Source of the DNA: Paraspadella gotoi
Lineage: Eukaryota > Animalia > Chaetognatha
Direction of reading: 5' to 3'
Length of the DNA stretch: 63,744 nt
Assembly (NCBI GenBank): GCA_051294375.1
Contig: CM119264.1
Coordinates: forward strand, 30,566,309 to 30,630,052
Positions 28,225 to 41,489 of the stretch are shown piece after piece. Under the pieces are notes generated by a model. The model had not been told where the DNA came from, ran no database searches, and saw only the letters and a program-made list of their open reading frames with translations. The position numbers were made by a program, and so were the translations under genes. How positions within the stretch are numbered: position 1 is the stretch's first letter; every line of letters begins with the position of its first letter.

Positions 28225-29728
28225 NNNNNNNNNNNNNNNNNNNNNNNNNNNNNNNNNNNNNNNNNNNNNNNNNNNNNNNNNNNNNNNNNNNNNNNNNNNN
28301 NNNNNNNNNNNNNNNNNNNNNNNNNNNNNNNNNNNNNNNNNNNNNNNNNNNNNNNNNNNNNNNNNNNNNNNNNNNNNNNNNNNNNNNNNNNNNNNNNNNN
28401 NNNNNNNNNNNNNNNNNNNNNNNNNNNNNNNNNNNNNNNNNNNNNNNNNNNNNNNNNNNNNNNNNNNNNNATGAAATAATTTTCTAGGATTTTGCGTACC
28501 TCAAACTGCAGGCGGGTTATCGAGGTTAGCCTCTCTTTGATGTGAGGGGACATGGGAAAGAGAGAGATTAGAGAGAGAGAGAGGGGGAGAGGGAGAGATA
28601 GAGAGACAGAGACAGAGAGAGAGGGCGTGGACACGTTTGATAAAGCTTTGTTGACCACACTTTCACTATTTCCTTTTTTTTTCTTTCTTTCTTTCTTTCT
28701 TTCTCTCTTATTTTCTTTCTTTCTTTCTTTCTTTCTTTCTTTNNNNNNNNNNNNNNNNNNNNNNNNNNNNNNNNNNNNNNNNNNNNNNNNNNNNNNNNNN
28801 NNNNNNNNNNNNNNNNNNNNNNNNNNNNNNNNNNNNNNNNNNNNNNNNNNNNNNNNNNNNNNNNNNNNNNNNNNNNNNNNNNNNNNNNNNNNNNNNNNNN
28901 NNNNNNNNNNNNNNNNNNNNNNNNNNNNNNNNNNNNNNNNNNNNNNNNNNNNNNNNNNNNNNNNNNNNNNNNNNNNNNNNNNNNNNNNNNNNNNNNNNNN
29001 NNNNNNNNNNNNNNNNNNNNNNNNNNNNNNNNNNNNNNNNNNNNNNNNNNNNNNNNNNNNNNNNNNNNNNNNNNNNNNNNNNNNNNNNNNNNNNNNNNNN
29101 NNNNNNNNNNNNNNNNNNNNNNNNNNNNNNNNNNNNNNNNNNNNNNNNNNNNNNNNNNNNNNNNCTCCATTTACAAGTTACGAGGAAAAAAATAATTTTT
29201 CTGGATCGGTGAGTCACCCTGGGCCAAACCGAATTGCCAAATGATTTTTGGGTTTGCTTGAAGGCAAACTTTGCAGGAGCTTTAATAAAATATAGGTTTT
29301 CTAACATCATAGATACAAATGAACCTTAAAACTTTTAATTAACAAAATTTACGCTACTTTGAAAAGTGTTTGTATTTTAGACAATAGCAAGACGTGATTT
29401 ATATTAACGCGCTAAACTCAGGCAGAAAAGGAAGTTGATGAATCTTAATCAAATTTATTGTTTGAGCTGCCTCGGTTTAATTTCATAATTGTCTTTTTGA
29501 GACGACGACCGAGAATTCAACGATGTTTTAAAAATGTTTATTGATATTGAAATAATAGGCGACGATGTATAAAAACAGTTCCAAGTTAAAAAAACGTTAA
29601 AAACACTTTAAAAACACATTAAAAAACAACACCTTAAAAGCAACGTGAAAACGTTTGACGTCGCGACTTTACGAGGCAACTGACTTTTCCTAAGTTTCAA
29701 ACATTAAAAATAAGCCAGATATTGCCCT

Positions 29729-29818
29729 TTCTTCTTCTTCTTCTTCTTCTTCTTCTTCTTCTTCTTCTTCTTCTTCTTCTTCTTCTTCTTCTTCTTCTTC
29801 TTCTTCTTCTTCTTCTTC
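29729..29818. repeat. (CTT)n microsatellite, ~30 units
   Basis: Perfect trinucleotide run. Confidence 0.95.
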
Positions 29819-30204
29819 ATAATCGTAATTCTCTTCCGTCGGACGTCGAGCCGTCCTTCCCCAACGGCGACGCCCGCGTTGGCCACCGCGAACGCCAATA
29901 CATTTATATAAAACGGTTAATAAAAAAAAATCTTTTTTAATGTTTTTTAGTCAACTTTTTACTACAGGATATAGCAAAATAAAGTTTAGTCGTTGTATGT
30001 TTTTTTTTGATTTTTTTTTGGTAAAGTTTAAGTTGTATGATTTCTAAATATGAGTAAAAAGGCATCGATATTTTCAAACAGATTTTACTTTATAGTGATC
30101 CCCGTCGCGTTTGGTAAATATTTGAAAAGCTGAAGTGGGTCTTTTGGAAAAAAAAATGAAGTCTTGATCGAAAAGTTTGGGCAGGAATAGAAGATAATTA
30201 ACTG

Positions 30205-31050
30205 GATTTCTGTCTAAAATCTCTCTCTGTTTTCCTCACATCTCTCTCTCTCTCTCTCTCTATCTCTCATCTTCTCTCTCTCTCTCTCTTCTCTCGTCTA
30301 TCTCTCTCTTTCTCTCTCTCTTCTTATTCTCATCTCTCCATACTCTTCCCTCTATCTTTCCTCAGTAGACCTCGATTGGTTTTTCCCATTGAAACGAGAT
30401 GATGTATCCCATTCAAACTTCATCGATTTCCCATTCAATTTCCATTGTTCCGAAAATTGATTTTCTCCGTCTGGGAACATTTTTTGATTTTGGGTCCCGA
30501 AAATTAAAAAAAAAAGAAAAGGAAAGATTTTTACGGATGAATCTTTTTTTTCCTTTTTTCTTTTTTTCGAACTTCACCACTAAATTCGTGTGATCTTCTC
30601 AACTTGCGGCCTTATTTTCTAAAAGCGCCCTTTTTCACTTCATCTAAATTTAAAATTTTGTTTATTATCAGGTTGAAGATTAACTTAAAGAATTTGGTCG
30701 GAAACTCAGTCAAGGGATTTGGGTTAGATCACAGATTAAAAGATTCGGGTTAGTGAATTGTGTAAAAATATTAAGGTTAAATAATAAAGTTTAAAATTCA
30801 ATTCAAGCAATATCAAGAACATGAAATGGGTTGCTTTCGAAAAATAGAGCCCAAAAACGTTCAAATTTGCTCGATCGCTATCAGCGCCGCTCCACGGTGC
30901 CTCAGACCTCCAGGAAAAAAAAAATTTCAAAAATCGAGTGAAAAAGTCATGTCATCGATTTCGATTTGATAGGTTAACTGATAACTAGATGGTCTTGCGG
31001 CTTTTGACCAGAAAAGATCGCTAAAAACTCGTAACCTTTCTTTCTTTTCT
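30205..31050. repeat. ~0.85 kb segment duplicated at 37190-38116
   Basis: Same order of GGATTTC..CTAAA, CCTCAGTAGAC, GGGTTAGATCACAGATTA and GCTAAAA(A)CTCGTAACC; the second copy is insertion-rich and ends at a 25-N gap. Confidence 0.8.
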
Positions 31051-32611
31051 CTTTAACTTTTCTTTTACTCCTCTAAATATAAATTATTTTTTATTTTGCC
31101 AACTGCCATTTTCCATATAGCTATGGTCAACTTGCATAAAATGATACGGCGTTCGAAGCTATTGGTCTCACCTTGGATATGTGCATAAGGAAAATTTTAT
31201 TTTTTCATATGTATTAAGTAATATATTTTTTTCTTAACATACTTCTTGTATTTTACATTGAAAAATTTTACAAAAACATTTTTTTTACTTTATGTCACTC
31301 GTTTAACCAGGTTTATCACTGCTGGTAATTTCTATTTGTTTTATTAGATAAAGGAATGTTTAGTTAGTATGTGTTTGATGCGATTCATTGCGATTTTTAA
31401 AATTAAGAGAGAATTTGATTTTTTCAAAATCAGGTATTCAACACAGACATTCGCGCAAAATATATAAGAAATTAACTACATTTCAAGATTTAAAAGTTTT
31501 TATTGCAGTTACTCGTTTAAACAGGTTTATCTATTATTTAAAAATTGATAATAGTGTTTATTAGTTTAGTAATCGGTTTTGGCTATTATGGTCTGTTGCG
31601 TTTTTGCGGTTTTGAGTTATAATGGAGAAATGTGCCTTACCAGTGGACAAGTCAATCACCAAAAATAACAAAGAAAGAACTAGGTTTTCCCAATTTCTTA
31701 TCTGACTTTGATGTATTGGTTTACCCAGGTTTATCTTAATTAAGAATCATATTCATGTTGAACAGTTAGCTTAGTGATTTACATTAGTCAGGTAAAGGGG
31801 ATTTGTAGCGATTTTGAATTTTAAGAAAGAAAAGAAGGTTTTCAATGTACTTCTCAATCATCTCAGAAGAACGAATAGATATAACGAGAGTTTTCTTGTT
31901 GCACCACGAGTACTTGGGTCGGTTGGTATAATGTGTTGTCTGTTTATCTCTTTGTCGTTTTAAAGGCTTATAGCAAGGTAAGGAAGGTATGTACATAAGA
32001 CCTTTCATTAGCATATTGTCATACTGTGTGCAGTCACGTGATCAACCGAGAGAAATTGACTGACTTCGAAATATAAATGCGTATAACTTAAGATAGGAAT
32101 CCTGACATGTCCTCATGTTGTCCCTTTGTCCTGTAATTACGACCAGACGTAAGTATTCGACTTTGCTTATTGCTTTTCCCTTCTCCCTGCCACAGCGGCA
32201 TTGGAAATATGAATAGAAAATTAAACTTCTCTAATCTACACTAGGAACTTAACGCCATATCATTCGTATTCGTATTAACATTTCTTGACCTTGTCTATAA
32301 AATGATCATAACTAGAATGAAATTAAATTAATAACGAGACAATTATTTACTAAAAATGACTCAAATATTGATACAACCAATATACTTCTACGAGTAACTT
32401 CTGTTAGATCGAAATAATTCAAAAAAAATTTCAATTTGTAATTCTTATTCTATTTTTCACTTGTCAAATAATTGAATCAAAACATTTTAAAATGAAAATC
32501 AAAAAAACAAAAACCGAATTGCGATTTGAAAAGAGTAAAATACAATGTAAACTAAAAGTTAAAAATTCAGACTAAACTAACAATTATTTTAAAAATTATA
32601 TATTATATTAG

Positions 32612-33498
32612 GCTTAATCATTGTATATTTATTATTTCATTTCCATAAAAGCATCAACATTTCGCTTTACCAAAGGTCCAAACTTGATTTTATTCATGCC
32701 ATAAATTAAAGTTGTCTACGTCATTATCACTGATATGATTTATGTGCTCAATCATTTGACGGAGAATGCCCAATGCTTAATCATTGTTATATATTATTTC
32801 ATTCAAAAGCATCACATTTCTTTACCAAAGGTCCAAACTTGATTTTAATTTCATGCCATAAATTAGTTGTCTCGTCATTATCAACTGATATGATTTATGT
32901 GCTATCATTTGACGGAGAATGCCCAATTGCTTAATCATTGTTAATTATATTATTTCATTTCAAAAGCATCACATTTCTTTTACCATAGGTCCAAAACATG
33001 ATTTGAATTTTATGCCATAAATTAAATAGTGTCTCGTCATTATCACTGATATGATTTATGTGCTCATCATTTGCGGAGAATGCCCAATGCTTAATCATGG
33101 TTATTTATTATTTCATTTCAAAAGCATCACATTTCTTTACCAATAGGTCCAAAACTTGATTTTATTTCATGCCATAAATTAAAGTTGTCTCGTCATTATC
33201 ACTGATATGATTTATGTGCTCATCATTTGGCGGAGAATGCCCAATGCTTAATCATTGTTATTTATTATTTCATTTCAAAAGCATCACATTTCTTTACCAT
33301 AGGTCCGAACATGATTTTATTTTATGCCATAAATTAAAGTTGTTCGTCATTATCACTGATATAATTCATGTGCTCGTCATTTGCGGAGAATGCTCAATTC
33401 TTAAATCATTGTTATTTATTATTTCATTTCAAAAGCATCACATTTCTTTACCATAGGTCCAAACTTGATTATTTATTTTATGCCATAAAATTAAAGTT
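32612..33498. repeat. ~156-bp tandem satellite, ~5.7 copies
   Basis: GGAGAATGC(C/T)CAAT recurs at about 32761, 32914, 33075, 33232 and 33385. Confidence 0.9.
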
Positions 33499-34189
33499 TG
33501 GGTTTATGTAAAAACGGAAAGAATAATTCCGGACGAAAATATTGGGCCAAAAACTTGCATAAAAACTGGCCAAACAATTAAGCAACAAGGCAAAACATTT
33601 TTTATTATTATGTCTTTTTTTTAATTTTCATAGATGTCTTGTACAGAAGAGCCAGAACAGCATTCAAAAGTTTTCTGTCATTCATCAATGTTATGTGATA
33701 ACCCGTGAGCTAGAAGGATGTCAAAAATTAATCGCTGCCACTCTTCATACTTTAATTTTAAATTCATTCATACTTTTATCATTAATTATTTTTTATTTCT
33801 TTTTTTTTCTTTTTAATTCAAACTTTGAATCATTCATTGTTTTCATTATTTATCATTTAGTATTTTTTTAATCGGCTATCTTTACCGGAGTCATCTTTAT
33901 AACAGGAATCGGCAAGCATCAATCTAACCATACAACTATTAAAATATTGAATATTAGATAATCACTCTAGTTAATAAATATTAAAAATATATTTTAAAAA
34001 AAGGCTATCACTTTCCTTAGTCAAATTGGTATTCACCAGCTCATATCTCAGATAGAGAGAGAGGAAGGAGCCAGGGCACCTCATTTTTTAGAAAATCAGC
34101 AGTGTGTATTAGATAGGGAGAGAGAGGAAGGAGCAGGGCGTTAACCCTCTCCTCTTTTTAGAAAATCAGGCAGTGTGCGCTCGATTCGA

Positions 34190-34355
34190 ATTCCAAAAAT
34201 TCAACTAATTCCACCAAATCCACTTTTTCCACTAATTCACTTTTTTCCACTAATTTCTACTTTTTCCACTAATTCCACTTTTTTTCTCTAAATCCACTTT
34301 TTCCACTATTTCCACTTTTTCCACCTAAATTCTACGAATTCCACTTTTTCCACAT
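34190..34355. repeat. ~18-bp minisatellite TTCCACTAATTCCACTTT
   Basis: Degenerate tandem copies, preceded by a ~60-bp tandem duplication at 34050-34176. Confidence 0.75.
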
Positions 34356-35067
34356 TTCCTAGAAAAGAACCTTAATGGGCGTGGCCCTCGTTCCTCTCGT
34401 GACGTTCTAAATCCACATGATGCATCAGTGATGCGAGTCGCGCTTCGTTTAAAGCCTTGAAAACAGGAGAATAAATCTCTGCGTTGGGAATCCGAGAAAT
34501 AGTAAGGAGCCTCTTCGGGCCTTTTTTTTCTTTTTTTCTTTCTTTCTTTTCTTTTTTTTTTTCTTTTCTTTCTTTTCTTTCCTTTCTTTCTTCTTTTTCT
34601 TGTCTTACTTTTTGTCTTTCTTTCTTTCCTTCTTCCTTTCTATCTTTATTTTTTTACATCTTCTCTTTCATTTTTTCTGTAGTTTCTTCTTGTTATTTCT
34701 GTCTTTCTTTCTTTCTTTTTTCCTTTCTTTCTTTCTTTCCTTTCTTCTTTCTTTCTTTATTCTTTCTTCTTTAATTTCTTTTATTCTTCTCTTTGTCTCC
34801 GCACCCCCATCCACCTCCCTCATCCTTTCCCCCCTATTTCTCTTTTCACTCTGGTGTCTCATCATCAAACCAAATGGCTTGGAAAGCCAATGGACTTCAC
34901 GTGAGAAGAGGAGTCTCGGACGACACTCCCGACCTTCACCATTTCCACTCCCCTGCTCTTCTTAGTCCTCACCCCTCTCACTTTATCACGCTTTATCACT
35001 GCCTCACCCGTCAAACTCTGCACGTCTCAAATCTCACGTCACCAATCTTTACTCACCATATCACCAT

Positions 35068-35105
<38 letters not shown>

Positions 35106-35122
35106 CTCTCTTTCTCTTCTCT

Positions 35123-35156
<34 letters not shown>

Positions 35157-35181
35157 NNNNNNNNNNNNNNNNNNNNNNNNN

Positions 35182-35702
35182 GAGACAGAGACGTGAATTT
35201 CGAAATCGTCGGTGAATGAGGTCACGTGACTTTAGTCGTTTCCGCTTCGCTCCAAGGATTATTACCGACAGAATCGAAGGTTTATCGTCCGTGACAGGGG
35301 TCCNNNNNNNNNNNNNNNNNNNNNNNNNNNNNNNNNNNNNNNNNNNNNNNNNNNNNNNNNNNNNNNNNNNNNNNNNNNNNNNNNNNNNNNNNNNNNNNNN
35401 NNNNNNNNNNNNNNNNNNNNNNNNNNNNNNNNNNNNNNNNNNNNNNNNNNNNNNNNNNNNNNNNNNNNNNNNNNNNNNNNNNNNNNNNNNNNNNNNNNNN
35501 NNNNNNNNNNNNNNNNNNNNNNNNNNNNNNNNNNNNNNNNNNNNNNAGGGGAATGGAGAGCGGCCACGCCCACTTTTGAAAAGACGTAGTTGTATTTGAT
35601 CTAGACCGGAAGTGGGCGTGTCTGTTCGATCGATGTTTTGAAGAATGTTAGGATCTAACTCGGAAAAAAGCACGCACGGGGTGTGTTTTTTTCTCAAGGC
35701 GA

Positions 35703-35778
<76 letters not shown>

Positions 35779-37041
35779 GAAGAGAATGGAAAAAAACATC
35801 GAGGACGGCGGATGGATAGCTGCTTTTGATGTAGCGATCGGCTGGGGTTGCGGACAACCGGCTGAGGCGGCTGGAGCGGCTGGAGAGGATTGTGGATTTA
35901 AGTGGGGAGGTTTAAAAGGGAGCGTGGGGGGCGTGGGAGAAAATGGTGTGGAAAGATAAAGTGGGAGTTGAAGTAAGGTGAGGAAGATGAATAAGTGTGG
36001 ATCAGTTATTTTCAATTGTTTTGTTCTAATTCTTTCTTTACTTTTCTATCTCTTCTATTCTCTTCTTATTCTCTTTCTATTCGCTTTCTATTCTCTTTCT
36101 ACTCTCTTTCTATTTATTTTATATTCTCCTTCTATACTTCTCTCATTTATCTTTGTTACTTTTTTTGAGTCATTACATTAAATAGTTATAAATACAGCTA
36201 GAGTGAATTGGTATAACCAACAAAGACTGTATCCCTCCATTAAATAGAGTTCTATACTTACTATAAGTAATTACGAAATAATTAAAACACTCTCCCTCTG
36301 ACGTGCTGTGTCATCCCTTGCGTCACCGGCCATAAATGCTGAGTTCTCGAACCTTACAATAAACAAAGTAACGAAAATATTAATGTTTCCGGCACCCCAT
36401 AATAATTCAAGCTTTCCCATGAGCAGAACAGGATTACAAAAGTGTGTCACCTCCTATTATTGACACCACTCCACACCACTTTCCTTTCGACACTACATCC
36501 CGAATCGCGAATCATTGCACCACGCCACTGCCAGTGATCTAGATCGAACTCACCACCAACTACGCGTCTTTTTCAAAAATGCGTAACAGATATCCGTGGC
36601 CAAATTTCTCATTCCCCTCTCTCCCTAAAATATCATGGGTGTGACTCTGATTTTCTCGCGATTCCAAAACTGTTTGTATTATTTCCTTGCAGAACTCGCT
36701 AAACTGCCCTAATTAAACTGACCTCGCCAAACACACCTCTGACGAAAACTTTGGAAAAGTTCTTTCCGCGCGACGCACAAGAGAGAAGACGCTATCCCTC
36801 CCTCTCTGATTTGCACTACCACCTCAGAGATCCGATGAGATGAGTGAGTGTATGAGAGAGATGTGATTAGAGGAGAGAGAGAAGGAGAGAGAGAGAGAGA
36901 AGAGAAGATAAGAGAGCGGACCCCTTGTCACGACGATAAGACCTTCGATTTTGCGGTAATAATCCTTGGTCGAAGCGGAAAACGACTAAAGTTCACGTGA
37001 CCTCATTCACCGACGATTTTCGGAAATTCACGTCTCTGTCT
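35182..37041. mobile_element. Element bounded by ~125-bp inverted repeats (or an inverted gap-fill artefact)
   Basis: 35182-35303 (GAGACAGAGACGTGAATTTC...GTGACAGGGGTCC) is the reverse complement of 36918-37041. The left copy lies between N gaps. Confidence 0.5.
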
Positions 37042-38730
37042 CTATCTCTCTCTCTCTGTTATCTGGTCTTCTGTCTCTCTCTCGCGTATTCTTCTCTGTA
37101 AACCTGTCAATACACATGACGAAAGTAAAAAGCGAATCAACGAATTTAATTATTTTAATTTATTTATTTACTCTGAGCTAATTACATGGATTTCGTGTCT
37201 AAATCTCTCGCTGTTTCCTCACCTCTCTTCTCTCTCTCTCTCTCTCTCTGCTCTTCTCTCTCTACCCTCGCTCCTGCTCTCCTTCTAGTCTCTCTCTTTT
37301 CTCTCTCTCTTATCGTTCTCAGTCTCCCATCTCTGTCCCTCTGACGCGTTTACCTCAGTAGACGCCTCGATTGGTTTGTTCCCATTGAAACGAGGATGAT
37401 GTGGCCCCAGTTCAAACTCATCGAGTTCCCATTCGAATTCCATTGTGTCGAAAATTGATCTTCTCCGTGCGCGTGGAACATTTGTTGATTCTTTGCGAGG
37501 TCTCCGAAATTAAAAAAAAAAAAAAGAACAGATTCTTACGCAGCACTCGAATCTTTTTTTTTCCTGCTTTTCTTTTTTTCGAGCACCTTCACACTATAAT
37601 TTCGTGTGTTGCATCCTTCTCAACTTGCGGCCTTATTTTGTCTTAAAGCGCGCCGCTTTTCACTTGCATCTAAATTTTAAAAATTTTGTTGATTATCAGG
37701 GGGTTGAAAGATTAACTTAAAGGAATTTGTCCGGAAACTCAGTCAGAGGGGATTTGCGGGTTAGATCACAGATTAGAAGAATTCTCGGGTAGTGTAATTC
37801 GTGTAAAGAATATTACGTTTAAATAATAAGAGCCTTTTTAACAATTTCAATTCCAAGCAAATATCAAGAACATGAATGGGCTGCTTTCTCGAAAAATAGA
37901 TCCCAAAAACTGCTCAAAACTTTGCTCGATCGCTCAATCAGCGCGCGCCACCGTGCCTCAACCTCAGGACAAAACAAAAAATTATCAGAAATCGAGCTTG
38001 AAAAAGTTTCACTGTCATCGATTTCGATTTTGAATAGGTTTAACTGCATAACTAGATTGTCTGCTGGCTTTGACCAGAACAAGATCCGCTAAAACTCGTA
38101 ACCTGTCTTTCCTTCTNNNNNNNNNNNNNNNNNNNNNNNNNGTTAGATCGAAATCTCGGCCGTCTTCCTTAATTCTTATGTTCCTCTCTCCCCTTTCCTC
38201 CTTTTTTCTTTCCTCCTTTTTTCTTTCCTCCTCTTTTCTTTCCTCTTTTTTCTCTTCTTTTTCTGTTTTACTTTTCTTCTTTCTTACTCTTTCCTCTTTT
38301 TCCTTTCCTCTTTTTTTTATCCTTCATTATTCCTTTTCTTTTTTTTCTTTCTTTTTTATTTCCTTCTTTATTCTTCCCTTCATTCATAATTCATTTCTTT
38401 ATAACTCATTTTGCGTTTGTTTTTTCCTTTTTTTTTCTTTCTACCTTTTTACCTTCTTAATAATGAGTAGAAGCGACTCTTTAACTCGAGTTTTTTTTTG
38501 TCGGTCCGTCTGTCTCAATACATTACATCAGAAATAATTATTGATTATTAAATATCAAATGATACTAAACAATATCTACGAACGATAATTCAGAACCTTT
38601 TTTACCAGACACTCCTAAAGTTATTTAAAAAGCATCTTCTTTATCTCTCAATTCTTCCAAATTGTTTATTCTCTCCATTTATCTCTCTCTTTCCTCCTCC
38701 TCCTCCTCCTCCTCCTCCTCCCCTATAAAC

Positions 38731-38935
38731 CTTTCTCCCTCCCATTTTTCGACTGCGCAATCTTCAGTTCAATTTCCTCAGACGTCATTCCATCTCTTGG
38801 TATCAAATTTTCTGGTTCAGCGTTTATTCTAAGTTCTTGTTTGCTGCTGGCGGCCGCGGCGCTGCGGCTGAGAAGGAACACCGCCGCTGACGCCGGGCCC
38901 TGCCGCCGCTGTCGCCTTCGTCGCTGGATCCCCCG
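38731..38935 (-). CDS. Candidate exon, unknown product
   Basis: GC-rich island with acceptor CATTCTCTAG|, one open frame RGIQRRRRQRRQGPASAAVFLLSRSAAAASSKQELRINAEPENLIPRDGMTSEEIELKIAQSKNGREK, and a possible phase-1 donor AAG|GTTTAT. No recognisable domain. Confidence 0.3.
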
Positions 38936-39515
38936 CTAGAGAATGGGGGGGGGGGTGGAAGCCGAGGAAGGGGACGCACGTGACTCGGGGTTTTGGTCAC
39001 GTGATTTAAGAAAAACCGTGACAGCGTGATCAGTTATCACTTGGCACAGTGGAATAAAAAAATACAGAATTAAGTTCCGATGATGAAACATGAGCAAAAA
39101 TTTCACTCACCATGTCGTGCGCAGTACTCAATCTCAAAGTTTTAACTAGGTTAATTATATACAGTAGGTTTTCTCAATGATTTAAAGAAGTAACATAAAA
39201 TTGCATACCGTTCTTCTTGTGCTACCCTTAATTAATCAGTCTTGAGAAAAGTCCTTTCTCGTCTTTACCCCAACAGGTCTTAGGCCGACCAGAGTTGTGT
39301 CTTGAGACCTTTCTCCAATCGCCCAGCGTTAAGGCCTCTTTCAATATTAACATTTTTTTTCTGTCCCCACCATGTCTTCAGTTTGAAGGTAACTGCCACA
39401 GTCTTAAGGAAATCGTCTACTCTCGACCCAGTGAGATGTTAAGATCTTAAGATCCCTCCATCTAAATCTTAAGTCCTAAAATATCTGGCGCTGACTCCGC
39501 TCCGATCCGCATCAT

Positions 39516-40129
39516 GCACTTGCAACTGACTTGGTCTTGCCTAGTATTGCGCGGTCTTAGGGCACCTGCCGCCGAATTGGCTTTGCAATGGATCATGTGG
39601 TCCTAAGGCAACTGCCTCTGACTCGGCTTTGCCTGGCAAAGCACAGTACTAGGGCACCTGTCGCCGACTTGGCTTTGCCCAAAATCACATGTTCTTAAGG
39701 CACCTGCCGCCGACTTGGCTTTGGCCAAACCACATGGTCTTAAGGCACCTGCCGCCGACTTGGCTTTGCCCAAAATCACGTGGTCTTAAGGCACCTGCCG
39801 CCGACTTGGCTTTGCCCAGAATCACAAGGTCTTAAGGCACCTGTCTCCAACTTGGCTTTACCCAGAATCACTTGGTCTTAGGGTACCTGCTGCTGACTTG
39901 GCTTTGCCCAGAATCATGTGGAATTAAGGCACCTGTCGCCGACTTGGCTTTGCCCAAAATCACGTGGTCTTAAGGCACCTGTTGCCGACTTGGCTTTGCC
40001 CAAAATCACGTGGTCTTAAGGCTCCTGCCGCCGACTTGGCTTTGCCTAGAATAACGTGGTCTTAAGGCACCCGCCGCCGACTTGGCTTTGCCTAGAATCA
40101 CGTGGTCTTAAGGCACCTGCCGCCGACTT
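39516..40129. repeat. 46-bp tandem array, ~13 copies
   Basis: Unit TCTTAAGGCACCTGCCGCCGACTTGGCTTTGCCCAAAATCACGTGG; starts at 39555, 39601, 39647, 39693 and onward. Confidence 0.95.
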
Positions 40130-41489
40130 CGGCTCCGCTCGGCGCCCCACGGATTATATTTTCAAAGTCGAGGCGGATTTCGCCGGCAGACGGTTTGTCC
40201 TCGTTTATTGATTTTCAGGGTTTAACTCGGGATTGGGAAAGTCGATGCAACGAAGGAAGGTAAGGAGGGTGCGGAGTGTGCTAGGGCATGTGGGTGAGGG
40301 AAGGGGGAGGGGGTGTTGCCAGTTAGAGAGGATTTTGAAGGTTATGATGGATAGGGTTGATTAATTTTGAAGAGAAGAAATAGGGTTAGGGGAGTTGAAA
40401 ATCGAGGAGAATATGTGAAAACTGTAAAGAGTGGGGATAGCAGTCAGTGTTGTTGGAGACGGAATTGTGAAGATGGCATCCTTCAAAGACTCTGAACTTA
40501 CCGATGTGACATTCTTAGTTATTGATATTCATTGTGTATTCATAATTGATTCATTACTTGTTCCTTTTCAGTTAAGAAAGCATCGTGTCATCATTAGAAA
40601 GTATGTGTTCGAGTGTGTGTCTAATCTAGTTGGCGTCCCCGTTCTCTTGTGTTATTCATATTCACAGACCCTACACTGTGGGCAACATTGTGGTCGACTG
40701 TGCCGGACCGCGACGGGGGCGCACACGGGCGGTCTGAGACGGCGCAGGGTAACGTGCCAGGTCTGTGCACTTCATCCGTGTGGTGTAAACTGAATTGTGG
40801 TCTACGCCTTAGAGGTCTCGTGCTTTCCAAGCCAGGCCGGCGGCACGAGGACATCGCCCACAACAATCCACCTCTAACAGTGTTAATGCAGTGAGAGTTA
40901 AGTCATCAAGGGGAAAAAGCTGATTGGTTAGTAACTTTTATCTTTAATCGCGAATGGAAATCCATATCTCGTAAGAGAGATGGAGGCCTTAAACCACTAA
41001 AGCCTGTCCAAATCAGGGGCAAGATTGCTTATTTATTTAATTAATGGATAATTTTTTTTATTGATTGTACGATTTCATATGAATATGAAAAATAAAAACG
41101 GCATAAAAGAAGGCATCACATTTTTGTTTTATAAAAATAATAACAAAATAAATAAAATTAGGCAAATAGGCTACTTTTAAGCGAATATATTCGAAAAAAA
41201 AAGTTAAAAAAAAAGGAATTCGCTCAAAGGAAAAAAATGGGACAGCGAAAAGACCTGATTCAATATCCAAGGCTCGTGAGAAGAGGGGAGAGATAGTGAA
41301 GGAGTGAAGCGCTGGGCGTGGGTAGAGGAGTAGAGTAGATTGAAACTGGAGCGACGACAAACAGACGGAGCGGAAAAGAGGAGGGACGCTCCTATCGCTC
41401 CTATCGCTCCTCTCGCTTTTTTCTTTCTTTCTCTACTTAATTTCCATTTTTATTCGGGGAAAGAAACTCAGGCAAAATTTTCACGCTGC

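Noticed and set aside
39516-40129. CRISPR array
   Set aside because: The variable parts are only ~13 nt and homologous to each other; no unique spacers, no cas genes, eukaryotic context.
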